Assembly: GCF_002783505.1 (NCBI RefSeq)
Contig: NZ_PFGL01000041.1
Location: 27,370-91,369, forward strand
DNA length: 64,000 nucleotides
Reading direction: 5' to 3'
Origin: Shewanella sp. CG12_big_fil_rev_8_21_14_0_65_47_15
Lineage (GTDB): Bacteria > Pseudomonadota > Gammaproteobacteria > Enterobacterales > Shewanellaceae
The notes beneath the pieces were generated by a model that saw only the letters and a program-made list of their open reading frames with translations, was not told where the DNA came from and searched no databases. A program made the translations under genes and the position numbers. Position 1 is the first letter of the stretch, and every line of letters begins with the position of its first letter. Below are positions 41,156-51,347 of this stretch, one piece after another.

Positions 41156-41491
41156 ACGAGAAAAAATACGTTTTTAAATTAAAAAAACTAATCCAAAGAA
41201 ATTTATCTTTTATGTTTTTTGGTTTTATAAATATGTAATTCTTTGTATTTATTTGATTTAATTTTATTTGTAATTATTCTAACTGATTTTATTGTTTAGT
41301 AAATTTGTTATTTAAAAATTATAAGCTGTTAATTTTGTTGGTTAGATACACATTATTGATTGAAGTGATTAAAAGTATGGTTTTTTGTGCAAAAAATTTG
41401 TCTCTCTACTCCGTTTTTGGCGATCTGTCAATCGTCAGTTGATGTGAAGTGTGTGCCCCGCCGCAAAACCCATCTAAACCCTTGAGTTTGA

Positions 41492-41505
41492 TTGATTTGA
41501 ATCAA
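41492..41505. promoter_or_regulatory. FNR/EtrA-type box upstream of cydA
   Basis: TTGAT-TTGA-ATCAA has both half-sites perfect against the TTGAT-N4-ATCAA consensus. It lies 8 nt upstream of an extended -10 element (TGGTATAAA, 41513-41521). Confidence 0.55.
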
Positions 41506-41628
41506 AGGCGGGTGGTATAAAATACTTACAAATGAAAGCGAATAAATATCTTAACTATCTGATATTTATATCGATGGGATCATTTGATTGATTGGGTGGT
41601 GGGTGTTTGTCTCAATGCCGAATAATAG

Positions 41629-41644
41629 TGTGACTCATGTCTCA
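41629..41644. promoter_or_regulatory. CRP-like box upstream of cydA
   Basis: TGTGA-CTCATG-TCTCA matches 9 of the 10 consensus positions of TGTGA-N6-TCACA. Confidence 0.4.
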
Positions 41645-41828
41645 GTATGTGATGGAAATAGGGACTTTTAGGACTTGCTGCCTCGATGTAATGCAAAAGA
41701 TAAAATTTAACGGTTTATACTGACCTCAGCTATAAACACAGAATGAAAACTCACTATCCTACAAAGGCACTTGCTATGAATGGCTAACATTGTCATGGCA
41801 ATTGGACGCACCACGTAAGGAGTCACCG

Positions 41829-43391
41829 ATGATTGTTGAAGAGGTTGTTGAGCTATCGCGGCTGCAGTTTGCGCTGACAGCCATGTATCACTTCCTATTT
41901 GTTCCCTTGACATTGGGGCTGGCATTTTTGCTGGCTATCATGGAATCACTGTATGTGATGACAGATAAACAAATTTATAAAGATATGACTAAGTTCTGGG
42001 GTAAGTTATTTGGTATTAACTTCGCCTTAGGTGTTTCAACGGGTTTAGCGATGGAGTTCCAGTTTGGTACTAACTGGTCTTACTATTCCCATTATGTCGG
42101 TGACATTTTTGGTGCACCACTGGCCATTGAAGGTTTAATGGCCTTCTTCTTGGAATCTACCTTTGTGGGTATGTTCTTCTTCGGTTGGGATCGTTTCACT
42201 AAGCGTCAACATTTAGCTGTGACTTGGTTAGTGGCCTTTGGTTCTAACTTCTCTGCCCTGTGGATCTTAGTGGCAAACGGTTGGATGCAAAACCCTGTGG
42301 GGTCAGTATTCAATTACGAAACCATGCGCATGGAAATGACCAGCTTCGCCGAAGTGGTATTTAACCCTGTCGCGCAGGTGAAGTTTGTTCATACTGTGGC
42401 CTCGGGTTATGTGACAGGGGCTATGTTCGTTCTCGCCGTCAGTGCTTACTACATTCTTAAGAAGCGTGATTTACCCTTTGCCCGCCGTTCATTTGCGATT
42501 GCCGCCAGTTTTGGTATGGCATCGATCCTGTCGGTTATCGTGTTAGGTGACGAATCAGGCTATAAAGTGGGTGAAGCACAGCGCGTTAAGTTAGCGGCAA
42601 TCGAAGCCGAGTGGCACACTGAGCCAGCGCCTGCAGCCTTTACTGCCGTAGGTTTCCCAAATCAAGAAACCATGCACACCGATTATGCGATCAAAATTCC
42701 CTATGCGATGGGCATAGTAGCGACTCGCTCATTGGACGAAGAAGTGACGGGTATTCGTGATTTGATCGCAGACCATGAAGTGCGTATCCGTAATGGTATG
42801 AAAGCCTATGAGATGCTCGTCAAACTGCGCGCGGGTGAAGAAACGCCAGAACTGCGTGCAGCCTTTGAAGAGGCAAAAGTCGACCTCGGTTACGGGTTAT
42901 TACTCAAGCGTTATACCGATAACATAGTCGATGCGACCGAAGAGCAAATTCAGGCCGCGGCTAAGGATTCTATCCCGAATGTGGCGCCCATTTTCTGGAG
43001 CTTCCGGATCATGGTGGGATTAGGTTTCTTCATGCTTCTGGTGTTTGCCGCAGCGTTCTGGCAAAGCACACGTCACCAAATCGAAGAGAAAAAATGGGTG
43101 CTTAAGGCTGCGCTTTACAGCTTGCCATTACCTTGGATTGCGATTGAATGTGGTTGGTTTGTGGCCGAGTATGGTCGTCAACCTTGGACCATTTCTGAAG
43201 TCTTGCCGACCTTTATGTCTGCATCGAGTTTAACGACCAGTGACCTATGGTTCAGTATCCTTTCTATCACCCTGTTCTACACTGTGCTATTGGTGATTGA
43301 AATATTCTTGATGCTTAAGTTTGCCCGCCTTGGACCTAGCAGTTTAAAGACCGGCCGTTATCACTTCGAGACTAATGCTTCACACAATTAG
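41829..43391 (+). CDS. cydA: cytochrome bd-I ubiquinol oxidase subunit I
   Basis: [24 protein letters not shown] and GRQPW match E. coli CydA. AAGGAG lies 6 nt before the ATG at 41829. The upstream start at 41790 is rejected. Confidence 0.95.
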   Translation: MIVEEVVELSRLQFALTAMYHFLFVPLTLGLAFLLAIMESLYVMTDKQIYKDMTKFWGKLFGINFALGVSTGLAMEFQFGTNWSYYSHYVGDIFGAPLAIEGLMAFFLESTFVGMFFFGWDRFTKRQHLAVTWLVAFGSNFSALWILVANGWMQNPVGSVFNYETMRMEMTSFAEVVFNPVAQVKFVHTVASGYVTGAMFVLAVSAYYILKKRDLPFARRSFAIAASFGMASILSVIVLGDESGYKVGEAQRVKLAAIEAEWHTEPAPAAFTAVGFPNQETMHTDYAIKIPYAMGIVATRSLDEEVTGIRDLIADHEVRIRNGMKAYEMLVKLRAGEETPELRAAFEEAKVDLGYGLLLKRYTDNIVDATEEQIQAAAKDSIPNVAPIFWSFRIMVGLGFFMLLVFAAAFWQSTRHQIEEKKWVLKAALYSLPLPWIAIECGWFVAEYGRQPWTISEVLPTFMSASSLTTSDLWFSILSITLFYTVLLVIEIFLMLKFARLGPSSLKTGRYHFETNASHN

Positions 43392-43414
43392 AAGCCTAAG
43401 CAGAGGATTTCATT

Positions 43415-44554
43415 ATGTTTGATTATGAAATATTGAGAGTTATCTGGTGGGCTCTGATCGGCGTGCTGTTCATCGGATTTGCGGTTACCGACGGTTTTGA
43501 CATGGGTGTCGGTGCGTTACTGCCCATCATAGGCAAAGACGATACCGAGCGCCGTATCATGGTCAATACCATCGCCCCCCATTGGGATGGTAACCAAGTG
43601 TGGTTAATTACGGCGGGTGGTGCATTATTTGCCGCTTGGCCTATGGTGTATGCAGTGTCTTTCTCTGGCTTCTATGTGGCCATGATGATAGTGCTGTTTG
43701 CCTTGTATACCCGTCCTGTTGGGTTTGATTACCGCTCTAAAATTGAAAACCCAAAATGGCGTAAGTCATGGGATTGGGCCTTATTCTGTGGTGGTTTTGT
43801 ACCGCCGCTGATCATAGGCGTTGCCTTTGGTAACTTATTGCAAGGTGTTCCATTTAACTTTGATGAGTTCCTGCGTGCAACTTATCACGGAGGTTTGTTT
43901 GGCCTGTTGAACCCATTCGGTTTACTGGCGGGTCTGGTGAGCGTCAGTATGTTTATGATGCAGGGTGCTGCTTGGTTGCAAATGAAAACCGACAGTGAAT
44001 TGCGGGTGCGTGCGGCGAAAGCGACACAATTCTTCGCATTGTTAGTGGCGGTGTTATTTGCTGCGGCAGGTGTGTGGTTGGCTAATGGCATCGATGGTTA
44101 TGTCGTGACGTCGACCTTGGATCACAGCGCCGTTTCTAACCCTACGATGAAGACTGTGGCCGTTGAAGCTGGCGCTTGGTTAGCTAACTATGACAAGTAC
44201 CCAGTGACTATGCTGTTCCCTATCTTAGGTGTGGTATTACCTTTGTTAGTGATCCTTGTGAGTCGCTTGAACCGCTCAGGTTTTGCCTTCCTATTCAGTT
44301 CACTGACTGTGGCTATGGTGATTTTGACCTGTGGTGCGGCTATGTTCCCCTTCGTCATGCCATCATCACTGGATCCCAATGTGAGCTTGACCATGTGGGA
44401 TGCGACCGCCAGTGAAATGACATTAACGGTAATGACTTGGGCGGCGGTTATCTTCGTCCCAATCGTGTTAAGTTACACTGTATGGACTTACTTCAAGATG
44501 TTTGGTCGTTTAAATCGCAAACATATTGAAGATAACAAAGCCTCTCTCTATTAA
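43415..44554 (+). CDS. cydB: cytochrome bd-I ubiquinol oxidase subunit II
   Basis: MFDYEILRVIWWALIGVLFIGFAVTDGFDMGV parallels the E. coli CydB N-terminus. Confidence 0.95.
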   Translation: MFDYEILRVIWWALIGVLFIGFAVTDGFDMGVGALLPIIGKDDTERRIMVNTIAPHWDGNQVWLITAGGALFAAWPMVYAVSFSGFYVAMMIVLFALYTRPVGFDYRSKIENPKWRKSWDWALFCGGFVPPLIIGVAFGNLLQGVPFNFDEFLRATYHGGLFGLLNPFGLLAGLVSVSMFMMQGAAWLQMKTDSELRVRAAKATQFFALLVAVLFAAAGVWLANGIDGYVVTSTLDHSAVSNPTMKTVAVEAGAWLANYDKYPVTMLFPILGVVLPLLVILVSRLNRSGFAFLFSSLTVAMVILTCGAAMFPFVMPSSLDPNVSLTMWDATASEMTLTVMTWAAVIFVPIVLSYTVWTYFKMFGRLNRKHIEDNKASLY

Positions 44555-44583
44555 TGTTTACGAAGAATTAAGGAGCACCTGCA

Positions 44584-44700
44584 ATGTGGTATTTCACGTG
44601 GATATTAGGGGTTTTGTTGGCCTGTTCTTTCGGAATTATTAATGCCCTGTGGCTTGAGAATACCGAGAACATGGACAGATCGGCAGATGATGCCGAGTAA
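44584..44700 (+). CDS. cydX: cytochrome bd oxidase small subunit CydX (38 aa)
   Basis: My own translation is MWYFTWILGVLLACSFGIINALWLENTENMDRSADDAE, against E. coli CydX MWYFAWILGTLLACSFGVITALAL... AAGGAG lies upstream. Not in the ORF track. Confidence 0.85.
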   Translation: MWYFTWILGVLLACSFGIINALWLENTENMDRSADDAE

Positions 44701-44716
44701 CGCCTAAGCTTGATTT

Positions 44717-44747
44717 TAAAAACCCCGCTAAAGCGGGGTTTTTTATT
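44717..44747. terminator. bidirectional terminator between cydX and the convergent MCP gene
   Basis: AAAAACCCCGC-TAAA-GCGGGGTTTTTTATT. Confidence 0.8.
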
Positions 44748-44777
44748 GGATCGTTTTCTAGATTCTAGCGCCTAGAA

Positions 44778-46781
44778 CTAGGCTTTAAATTGACTTATTT
44801 GTCGTTTTAATGCCACGGCTAAGGAGGATAACTCATCGGCTGAATGGACCGTCTGTACGGCGCGTTGCTCACCTTCATTAGCCAATTCACTGATCTGGTG
44901 CAGGTTGTGGGTGATTTCCTCTGCAACACTGCTCTGTTGCTCGGTTGCCGAAGCAATATTGCGTGAGCTGATGGCCAGTTCGCCTATGCGGTGGGTGATT
45001 TCCTTCAGTTGCTCGCCCGTCGCTTCACCTTGGGCTGCCGATGCCATGCCTAATTGATGGCTTTGGGCCATTTGTTCTGTGGTGATCTTCACTTGGGTTT
45101 GTAATTTATTGATAGTTTGTCCTATTTCTAGGATAGAAGCTTGGGTGCGCTGGGCTAAGATCCTGACCTCATCGGCAACGACGGCAAAGCCACGACCTTG
45201 CTCACCCGCCCGCGCCGCTTCAATGGCGGCGTTGAGTGCCAGAAGGTTGGTTTGCTCCGCAATACTGTTAATCACTTCGGTGACTTTACTGATGGCTTGA
45301 CTTTCTTGGCTGACTTTCTCAACGGATTGGTGGCTGTTATTCAGTTGTTGGCTGAGTTTGAGCAGATCTTGCACCACCTTAGCCTGTTGGTGTTGGCCTG
45401 CTTTCGCGGCTAAGTCCACCTGTTGACTCTGATTGGCGCCATCCTGTGCATGGTTAGCAACGTCGCGGATCGAGGTCGACATTTCTTCGATGGCCGTAGC
45501 GATTTGATCGGTTTGTAGCATTAAGGCTTGGGCTTCCTCGCCATTTTGCTTGGCAATACTCTGCGCCTTGGCTGCCTGCTGCTCTAGGCTCATCACTGAA
45601 CCCTGCAGTGCAATCATTAATTGCCTTAGTTCCGAAGACATGGCCGATACACTCGTAGTGATTTTATCTACTTCATTTTGACTCTGTGGTACAGATGGCG
45701 GCAGTGGGCGGCTAAAATCGCCTCGGCCTAAGGTTTCCATATGCACTTGCAGGGCATGCAGAGGTTTGAGTGAACGCAGTAACACTAGGGACAATAGCAC
45801 TGTTATCAGTACTATGCCTGTGATGGCGACAATGGCGTTGATCGTGAGTAAGTGCAGGCTTTCTTCGTTGAGTTCCCTCGCTTTGACTTGACCCACTAAC
45901 ATCCAATTCCAGCCTGTGACGGTTTGAGTATAGGCAAACATGGGTTCTTTTTTGCTGTTGCTATAACGCCAATCGCTATCTTCCTGCATGACTTGGGTTA
46001 GGCTCAAGCCATCGAGCATAGATTCGGTGACGGGCTCATTGGCAGTAAACTGCGGGTGTGCGATTAACATTTGGTCTACTTTGCGCATGAGCAGAAAGTA
46101 GCCACTCTCTTCTAAGGTGAGTTTATTAACGGCTTTTTGCAGTTGCTGCAGGGAATTACTGATGTCAAAACCGATATATAATATCCCAATGACTTGACCC
46201 TGTGTGTCCTTCACTGGGCGATAGACTGTCATATAGTCTTTACCGAAGAGTTTGGCGTAGCCTTCGTATTCATTGCCGCCGATCAGAGCTTGGTAGCCTG
46301 GATGGGTTTTACCTAGGTAAGTGCCTAGCGCACGGCTACCATCGGTTTTTTTGAGGGAGGTTGAAACCCGCATAAAATCATCGCCATCACGCACGAAGAC
46401 AGTAGCAGTACCGCCGGTCAGATTGGCAAAACGATCGACCTTACTTTTTGAGGCGTTAATGTGTTCTTGTTCGTGTACTAGGATAGGTGAATTCACCCCC
46501 ATAATATTGACGTTTTGGTCCAGTTTACTGAACTGTCCTGGATACATTTCCTTAAAGACATCGGCGTTACGTCTCGCCAGTTGCAGGAGACTGTCATATT
46601 GCAGTTCTAACATATCGGATACGGCGTGCATCTCGGCTTTCATCGCACTGATACCTTTGTCTTCGAGCACATTCGAAGCGGCTTGGTAGGAGAGGGTACT
46701 GAGTATGCTAAAAACGACCAGGGTAAGAAAAAAGGCAAGTGCACCAATCTGTTTTGCAATCGGCCAATTGTTATAGTTCAT
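44778..46781 (-). CDS. methyl-accepting chemotaxis protein with a Cache-type periplasmic sensor
   Basis: Signalling hairpin [38 protein letters not shown], a HAMP domain, two TM segments and a ~270-aa periplasmic domain. Confidence 0.9.
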   Translation of the reverse strand: MNYNNWPIAKQIGALAFFLTLVVFSILSTLSYQAASNVLEDKGISAMKAEMHAVSDMLELQYDSLLQLARRNADVFKEMYPGQFSKLDQNVNIMGVNSPILVHEQEHINASKSKVDRFANLTGGTATVFVRDGDDFMRVSTSLKKTDGSRALGTYLGKTHPGYQALIGGNEYEGYAKLFGKDYMTVYRPVKDTQGQVIGILYIGFDISNSLQQLQKAVNKLTLEESGYFLLMRKVDQMLIAHPQFTANEPVTESMLDGLSLTQVMQEDSDWRYSNSKKEPMFAYTQTVTGWNWMLVGQVKARELNEESLHLLTINAIVAITGIVLITVLLSLVLLRSLKPLHALQVHMETLGRGDFSRPLPPSVPQSQNEVDKITTSVSAMSSELRQLMIALQGSVMSLEQQAAKAQSIAKQNGEEAQALMLQTDQIATAIEEMSTSIRDVANHAQDGANQSQQVDLAAKAGQHQQAKVVQDLLKLSQQLNNSHQSVEKVSQESQAISKVTEVINSIAEQTNLLALNAAIEAARAGEQGRGFAVVADEVRILAQRTQASILEIGQTINKLQTQVKITTEQMAQSHQLGMASAAQGEATGEQLKEITHRIGELAISSRNIASATEQQSSVAEEITHNLHQISELANEGEQRAVQTVHSADELSSLAVALKRQISQFKA

Positions 46782-47039
46782 TTTGCGATCCTATAGGGAG
46801 AGGTTAACGCTAATGTAAGCTAAGTTTTATCTAATGGTCTTGATGTGAGTCTAAGATTTTCTATTCTTTATAGAGAGTTCGGTGTCTTTTCGTGGAAAGG
46901 TCAAATATTGATGGCTTATATAGGCGAGTTTGCGTGGCATACGAATTGGCATCACCAAAGTGCCCACCGCCGATGAGCACTTTTTAGCGTTAAAATTAGA
47001 GCGGTTAAACCTCAAAGATAAGCTGTATCAGTACCTAAT

Positions 47040-50000
47040 TCATGATGCTATCTGAGATTGGAGTACCGAAGGGGGACACTTTTCTCGCTTCTTCATCAAT
47101 AGTAAATACATAGTCGGTACCCATACCAGAGATAACAGGGTCGTTAGCAGCGTGCCGCCCGCGATAGCAATCGCAAATGGCGGCCAAAACCCACCGCCCG
47201 CGATGATAAGCGGAATAAATCCGCCCACTGTGGTGATGGTTGTCGAGCTAATGTGGCGGCCACAGCTGCTGACTGTGCTGATAATGGTTTCTTTGTCGCC
47301 GAGTCTGGCGCTGGGCATATCCTCAAGCTCGGCCAAGATCACTATCGCGGCGTTGATGGCAAGCCCCATCAATCCCAGTAAACCAATGATCACTGGAAAA
47401 CCAAAGGGATAACCGAATACAAAGACCGAGAGTAAACCCAGTCCTGCAGATTGCAGCGCGCTGAATAAAATGATGGCAGTCAGTCTAAAGGAGTTAAAGG
47501 ACAGTACCACAGTCGCCAGCAGCAAGGTCACAACCAGCATGACGTTTGATAGCAGGTTACCGACAGCTTCGTTGCGCTTTGCACTTTCGCCTCCAATTTC
47601 AATGCGATAGCCGGATGGCAGTGGCAACTGGCTCACGGCGTCTTTTACCTCATTAAGCACTTGGGCTGGCAATACCCCACTGACAATATAGGCTTCAATA
47701 GTATTGACCCTTTGGCCGTTACGTCTTGGAATCGCGCCACGACTGACTTGCACTTCGCTGTGGGCGAGGGCAGAGAGTGCAACCGCTTCACCCGATGGTG
47801 TCACTAATTGGATTTCTGACAGTTTGCTCGCCTGCTCACGACTGCCATCACCGAGCCGTACTCTAACGGGCAGAGACTCGGTTTGTTCCAACACGCTACC
47901 GCCTATGACCCCCGTGGTCGACATTTGAATTTGCTTGGCAATATCGCTCAAGCTCAGGCCACTCATTAGACTGGCATCTTCATTAACCTGCAGCCACACC
48001 TTAGGGGCCCCTGCACTGAGGGTCGCACGGGTATGGATCACATCGGGCGTTGCGGCCAGAATATTGCGAACTTCATCTCCTAGGGAGCGCAGTGTGTCGA
48101 GGTTAGGGCCGAAGATCATCAGTTCTACTGGGGCATTAAAGGGAGGGCCCTGCTCTAATTTGCGCACTAGGACCTGCGCTTCGGGGAATTGACCATCCAG
48201 TTGCTGCTGTAATTGGGGAATAAGCGCATTGGCGCGTTCAAAATCGGTCACTTTCACCATGGCCTGGGCATAGTTTGTCGCGCCTTGCTGCCGCTGGGTT
48301 AAGTTGTAATAGAATGATGGCGTGTTGCCACCGACGACCCAATCGACTTGGGTTATACCTTCCACCTTATGCAGCAGTTTATCCATTAAGGAGACTTGGT
48401 TTAAGGTGTTTTCTAGGCTGACATGGGGGGCGAGATAAATCTCGACTTGGAACATGTCCCTGTCCGATGGCGGAAAGAATTGTTCTGTCATCTTGCCCGA
48501 GGCATAGAACCCCAATGCCGGAATGATGCCTATCACGACCGCACTCAGTATGGGGCGTTTTAGTGCAGCCCTTAGGCTGGCTTGAAAGTAGCCACTGATA
48601 ACGGGAACATTGATCCCATGTTGATACCAAACATCGTTTTTGCCTTCATGGCTAAACCGCCCCGCAAGCCCTGCGATTAAGGTGTGGGAAATCAAGTACG
48701 AACCCAGTAGTGCAAACATCACCGACATGGCTATACCGCCGACAAACTCCCCCGCGGCGCCGGGCATGAGCACTATGGGTGCAAAGGCCAAAATCGTCGT
48801 AATAGTTGAGCCAGCTAAGGGCAGCCAAAGATGATGTAAGGTCTCGCTCACTGCGGCTAAACGGCCCATACCCTGTTGACGCCTTTGGGCGATGGCATCG
48901 ACGATCACGATGGCATTATCCACCATGATCCCAAGGGCAACGACCAGGCCTGTGACCGACATTTGATGTATCGGCAATCCAATATATTTCATACAGGCTA
49001 AGGTAAATAACGCGGTCAAAGGCAAAGAGATGGCCACTATAACGGCATTCCTTAGGCCTAGGGTAAGCAGGAGAACCAATAAAATGATCACAAAACCTTG
49101 AAGTAGATTCACCACTAATCCGCCGAGACGCTCACTGGTATAGCTGTTTTGTTCGAACAACCATTGGATTTTGATATTGGCTGGGATATCACGATTGAGT
49201 TCTTCAACGACCTTGTTAACTTGTAACTGCCAGAGATCGACGCGGGTATTATTAAGCATACGGGCGGCAACAAATACGCCCTGTTCACCATCGACTAGGG
49301 CTAGGCTGTCCGCTGGCGTTTTAGGTTGACGGGAAATGCTGGCAATATCCCCAAGGCGGATGATTTGCCCTTGGGTATCGACTTTTAGTGGCACTTGGCG
49401 AATGCGAGTCTGTGAGTCTAGCTCGCCCGAAACCTCGACTAAGGCTCGAAATGCTGAGTTGTTGATCTCACCCGCCGCAATCTTGCTATCGGCGCCATTG
49501 AGTATTTGGGCGATAGCGGCAGGGGTGAGTTGTAATTGGCTCATTTTATTGCCATCGAGCTGGACTAAGATTTCCTCCGTGGGTGCGCCGTAGAGTTTAA
49601 CAAAGTCTGTGCCGGGCAGTAGTCTTAGGCGACTCTGTAATTCCTTGGCATAGCGGTTAAGCATGTCCACTCGAACGGGCGTGTTGGCGTTCCACACTAG
49701 ACTTAAAATCGCGGTATAGGCATAGCCGATTTGATCATCTAAGGTTGGCGTTTGAGTGCCGTCTGGCAGTGCGTTTTTGGCATCGGCGAGTAAATCCCTC
49801 GCCCTCGACCAGACGGGATCTGTCTCCATAACCGTGTCTTTCAGCTCCAATTGGATAACCGAAATGCCGGGTCTGGATGTGGACTGGATCAGTTTGATTT
49901 CTTCTAGGCGGCGTAGCTGATTTTCTAATACCTCAGTCACTAGGGCCTCAACCCTTTCGGCCGATGCCCCAGGGTAAGGTGTAATGACCGAGGCGAAGCG

Positions 50001-50120
50001 GTTGGTTATATGGGGGTCTTCGGTGCGGGGGAGGCTAGAAATAGCACCAAATCCGGCAACGAGCAGTAGGGCGATAATTAGGCTGACTAAACGGCCATTT
50101 TCAACGAAGGCTTTGATCAT
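47040..50120 (-). CDS. RND efflux transporter, inner-membrane permease (AcrB/AcrD/AcrF family)
   Basis: 1026 aa with the 12-TM, two-large-loop architecture and an N-terminus typical of the family (FVENGRLVSLIIALLLVAG). Confidence 0.9.
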   Translation of the reverse strand: MIKAFVENGRLVSLIIALLLVAGFGAISSLPRTEDPHITNRFASVITPYPGASAERVEALVTEVLENQLRRLEEIKLIQSTSRPGISVIQLELKDTVMETDPVWSRARDLLADAKNALPDGTQTPTLDDQIGYAYTAILSLVWNANTPVRVDMLNRYAKELQSRLRLLPGTDFVKLYGAPTEEILVQLDGNKMSQLQLTPAAIAQILNGADSKIAAGEINNSAFRALVEVSGELDSQTRIRQVPLKVDTQGQIIRLGDIASISRQPKTPADSLALVDGEQGVFVAARMLNNTRVDLWQLQVNKVVEELNRDIPANIKIQWLFEQNSYTSERLGGLVVNLLQGFVIILLVLLLTLGLRNAVIVAISLPLTALFTLACMKYIGLPIHQMSVTGLVVALGIMVDNAIVIVDAIAQRRQQGMGRLAAVSETLHHLWLPLAGSTITTILAFAPIVLMPGAAGEFVGGIAMSVMFALLGSYLISHTLIAGLAGRFSHEGKNDVWYQHGINVPVISGYFQASLRAALKRPILSAVVIGIIPALGFYASGKMTEQFFPPSDRDMFQVEIYLAPHVSLENTLNQVSLMDKLLHKVEGITQVDWVVGGNTPSFYYNLTQRQQGATNYAQAMVKVTDFERANALIPQLQQQLDGQFPEAQVLVRKLEQGPPFNAPVELMIFGPNLDTLRSLGDEVRNILAATPDVIHTRATLSAGAPKVWLQVNEDASLMSGLSLSDIAKQIQMSTTGVIGGSVLEQTESLPVRVRLGDGSREQASKLSEIQLVTPSGEAVALSALAHSEVQVSRGAIPRRNGQRVNTIEAYIVSGVLPAQVLNEVKDAVSQLPLPSGYRIEIGGESAKRNEAVGNLLSNVMLVVTLLLATVVLSFNSFRLTAIILFSALQSAGLGLLSVFVFGYPFGFPVIIGLLGLMGLAINAAIVILAELEDMPSARLGDKETIISTVSSCGRHISSTTITTVGGFIPLIIAGGGFWPPFAIAIAGGTLLTTLLSLVWVPTMYLLLMKKREKCPPSVLQSQIAS

Positions 50121-50122
50121 AA

Positions 50123-51232
50123 TTACCTCGTCGATACAGTGGTAGTGGGGGCTACGACTTGGCCAACGACTAATTTATGCAGCCCCTGGCTGACATAATT
50201 CTCGTTCGCCTGTATTGCTCCTTGGATAAAAGCCCTATCTTGAGTGGTATAGAGGATCTCCACATCACGGCGTTCGATTTTTGCCTCCGTTGAGTTTGCT
50301 GTGACAACGTATAAATTCCACAGGCCACGAATACCATCGGTGAGGGCGGAGATGGGCACCCAGTAACCCGCTTGCGCCACTTCTTGCTGTTGATGCAAAT
50401 AGGCTATTTCACCATTAATGACCCGCGCATCCTTAGGTAGGCTAATGCGCAGTTGCAGGGTGCGACTAATGGGATTCACCTCGGCACTCATTCCGGCGAT
50501 TTGCGCGATAAATATTTGATCTTGTACGCGGATATGAACTTCTTGTCCGAGGGGAAATTGATTGGCTATGGCCACGGGAACACCGATATAGGCTTCTGGA
50601 TTAACATTGCCAACCAAGGTAAATACAGGGCTGCCAGCGGCGACGACTTCACCTAAGTTATGCTGACGTTGGCTGATAGTGCCATTAAAAGGTGCGAGTA
50701 ATTTGGATTTATCGAGTTTGAGTTGATTGGCATGTTGCGAGGCCTGTAAACGCTGTTTAGCCGCTTCTAGACTCATTAATTGGCCGCGGTTTTCATCGAG
50801 CAATTGCTCGGACACATAACCCGACTTTTTGAGCTCGAGGTTACGTTTTAAGGTGCTGGTGGCAAGATCGACATCGGCCTGAGTTTGTAACAGACTCGCT
50901 TGTATTTCTTGATGCTCTGCATCCAGCAGCCGAGTGTCTAATCTTGCGAGCACTTGCCCCTGAATCACGTTGGCGCCACTGTCGACCAAGAGTTCGCTCA
51001 ATTTACCCGATAGTTCGAATCCGACGCCTGTGGTATTGCCCGCTCGGATCGTGCCTGTATAGGTTTGCTCACGCTCATAGCTAGTCGATAACTGTAGCGG
51101 CGCAGTGACCACGGTTTGTAATACGGCGGAATTAGCGTGTTCGGTCACTTCCTTTTGACAGGCCGTTAAGGCCGATATAGCCAATAAGCAAACGCTAATG
51201 GTACGCCAAGAATGTCGGGCAGTTCGATCCAT
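50123..51232 (-). CDS. RND efflux periplasmic adaptor (membrane fusion protein)
   Basis: Lipobox LTAC, a coiled-coil hairpin, and lipoyl/beta-barrel segments. It ends 2 nt before the permease gene. Confidence 0.85.
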   Translation of the reverse strand: MDRTARHSWRTISVCLLAISALTACQKEVTEHANSAVLQTVVTAPLQLSTSYEREQTYTGTIRAGNTTGVGFELSGKLSELLVDSGANVIQGQVLARLDTRLLDAEHQEIQASLLQTQADVDLATSTLKRNLELKKSGYVSEQLLDENRGQLMSLEAAKQRLQASQHANQLKLDKSKLLAPFNGTISQRQHNLGEVVAAGSPVFTLVGNVNPEAYIGVPVAIANQFPLGQEVHIRVQDQIFIAQIAGMSAEVNPISRTLQLRISLPKDARVINGEIAYLHQQQEVAQAGYWVPISALTDGIRGLWNLYVVTANSTEAKIERRDVEILYTTQDRAFIQGAIQANENYVSQGLHKLVVGQVVAPTTTVSTR

Positions 51233-51273
51233 TTTAAGTGCTTCCGTCGTAAGTTAAACGTTAATGCAATGTA

Positions 51274-51316
51274 ACTAGACTTGCTAGTCTAGTTGTGTAG
51301 AACTAGACTGTCTAGT
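51274..51316. promoter_or_regulatory. composite operator, probable TetR binding sites
   Basis: ACTAGAC-N6-GTCTAGT followed 8 nt later by ACTAGAC-N1-GTCTAGT, four copies of one 7-mer, in the divergent MFP/tetR intergenic region. Confidence 0.6.
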
Positions 51317-51347
51317 CTATTTTGTGCTTAACTAATACCAATTTATT

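Noticed and set aside
41293-41341. TGTTA direct repeats (41306-41310 and 41327-41331) as possible ArcA boxes in the cydA upstream region.
   Set aside because: The spacing is 21 nt, not 11 or 22. The pentamer is expected by chance in DNA this AT-rich, and there is no full 15-nt ArcA box match.
41790-41828. Upstream start for cydA ([13 protein letters not shown]...).
   Set aside because: Homology to CydA begins at the ATG at 41829, which has AAGGAG 6 nt upstream. The extension has no counterpart in CydA.
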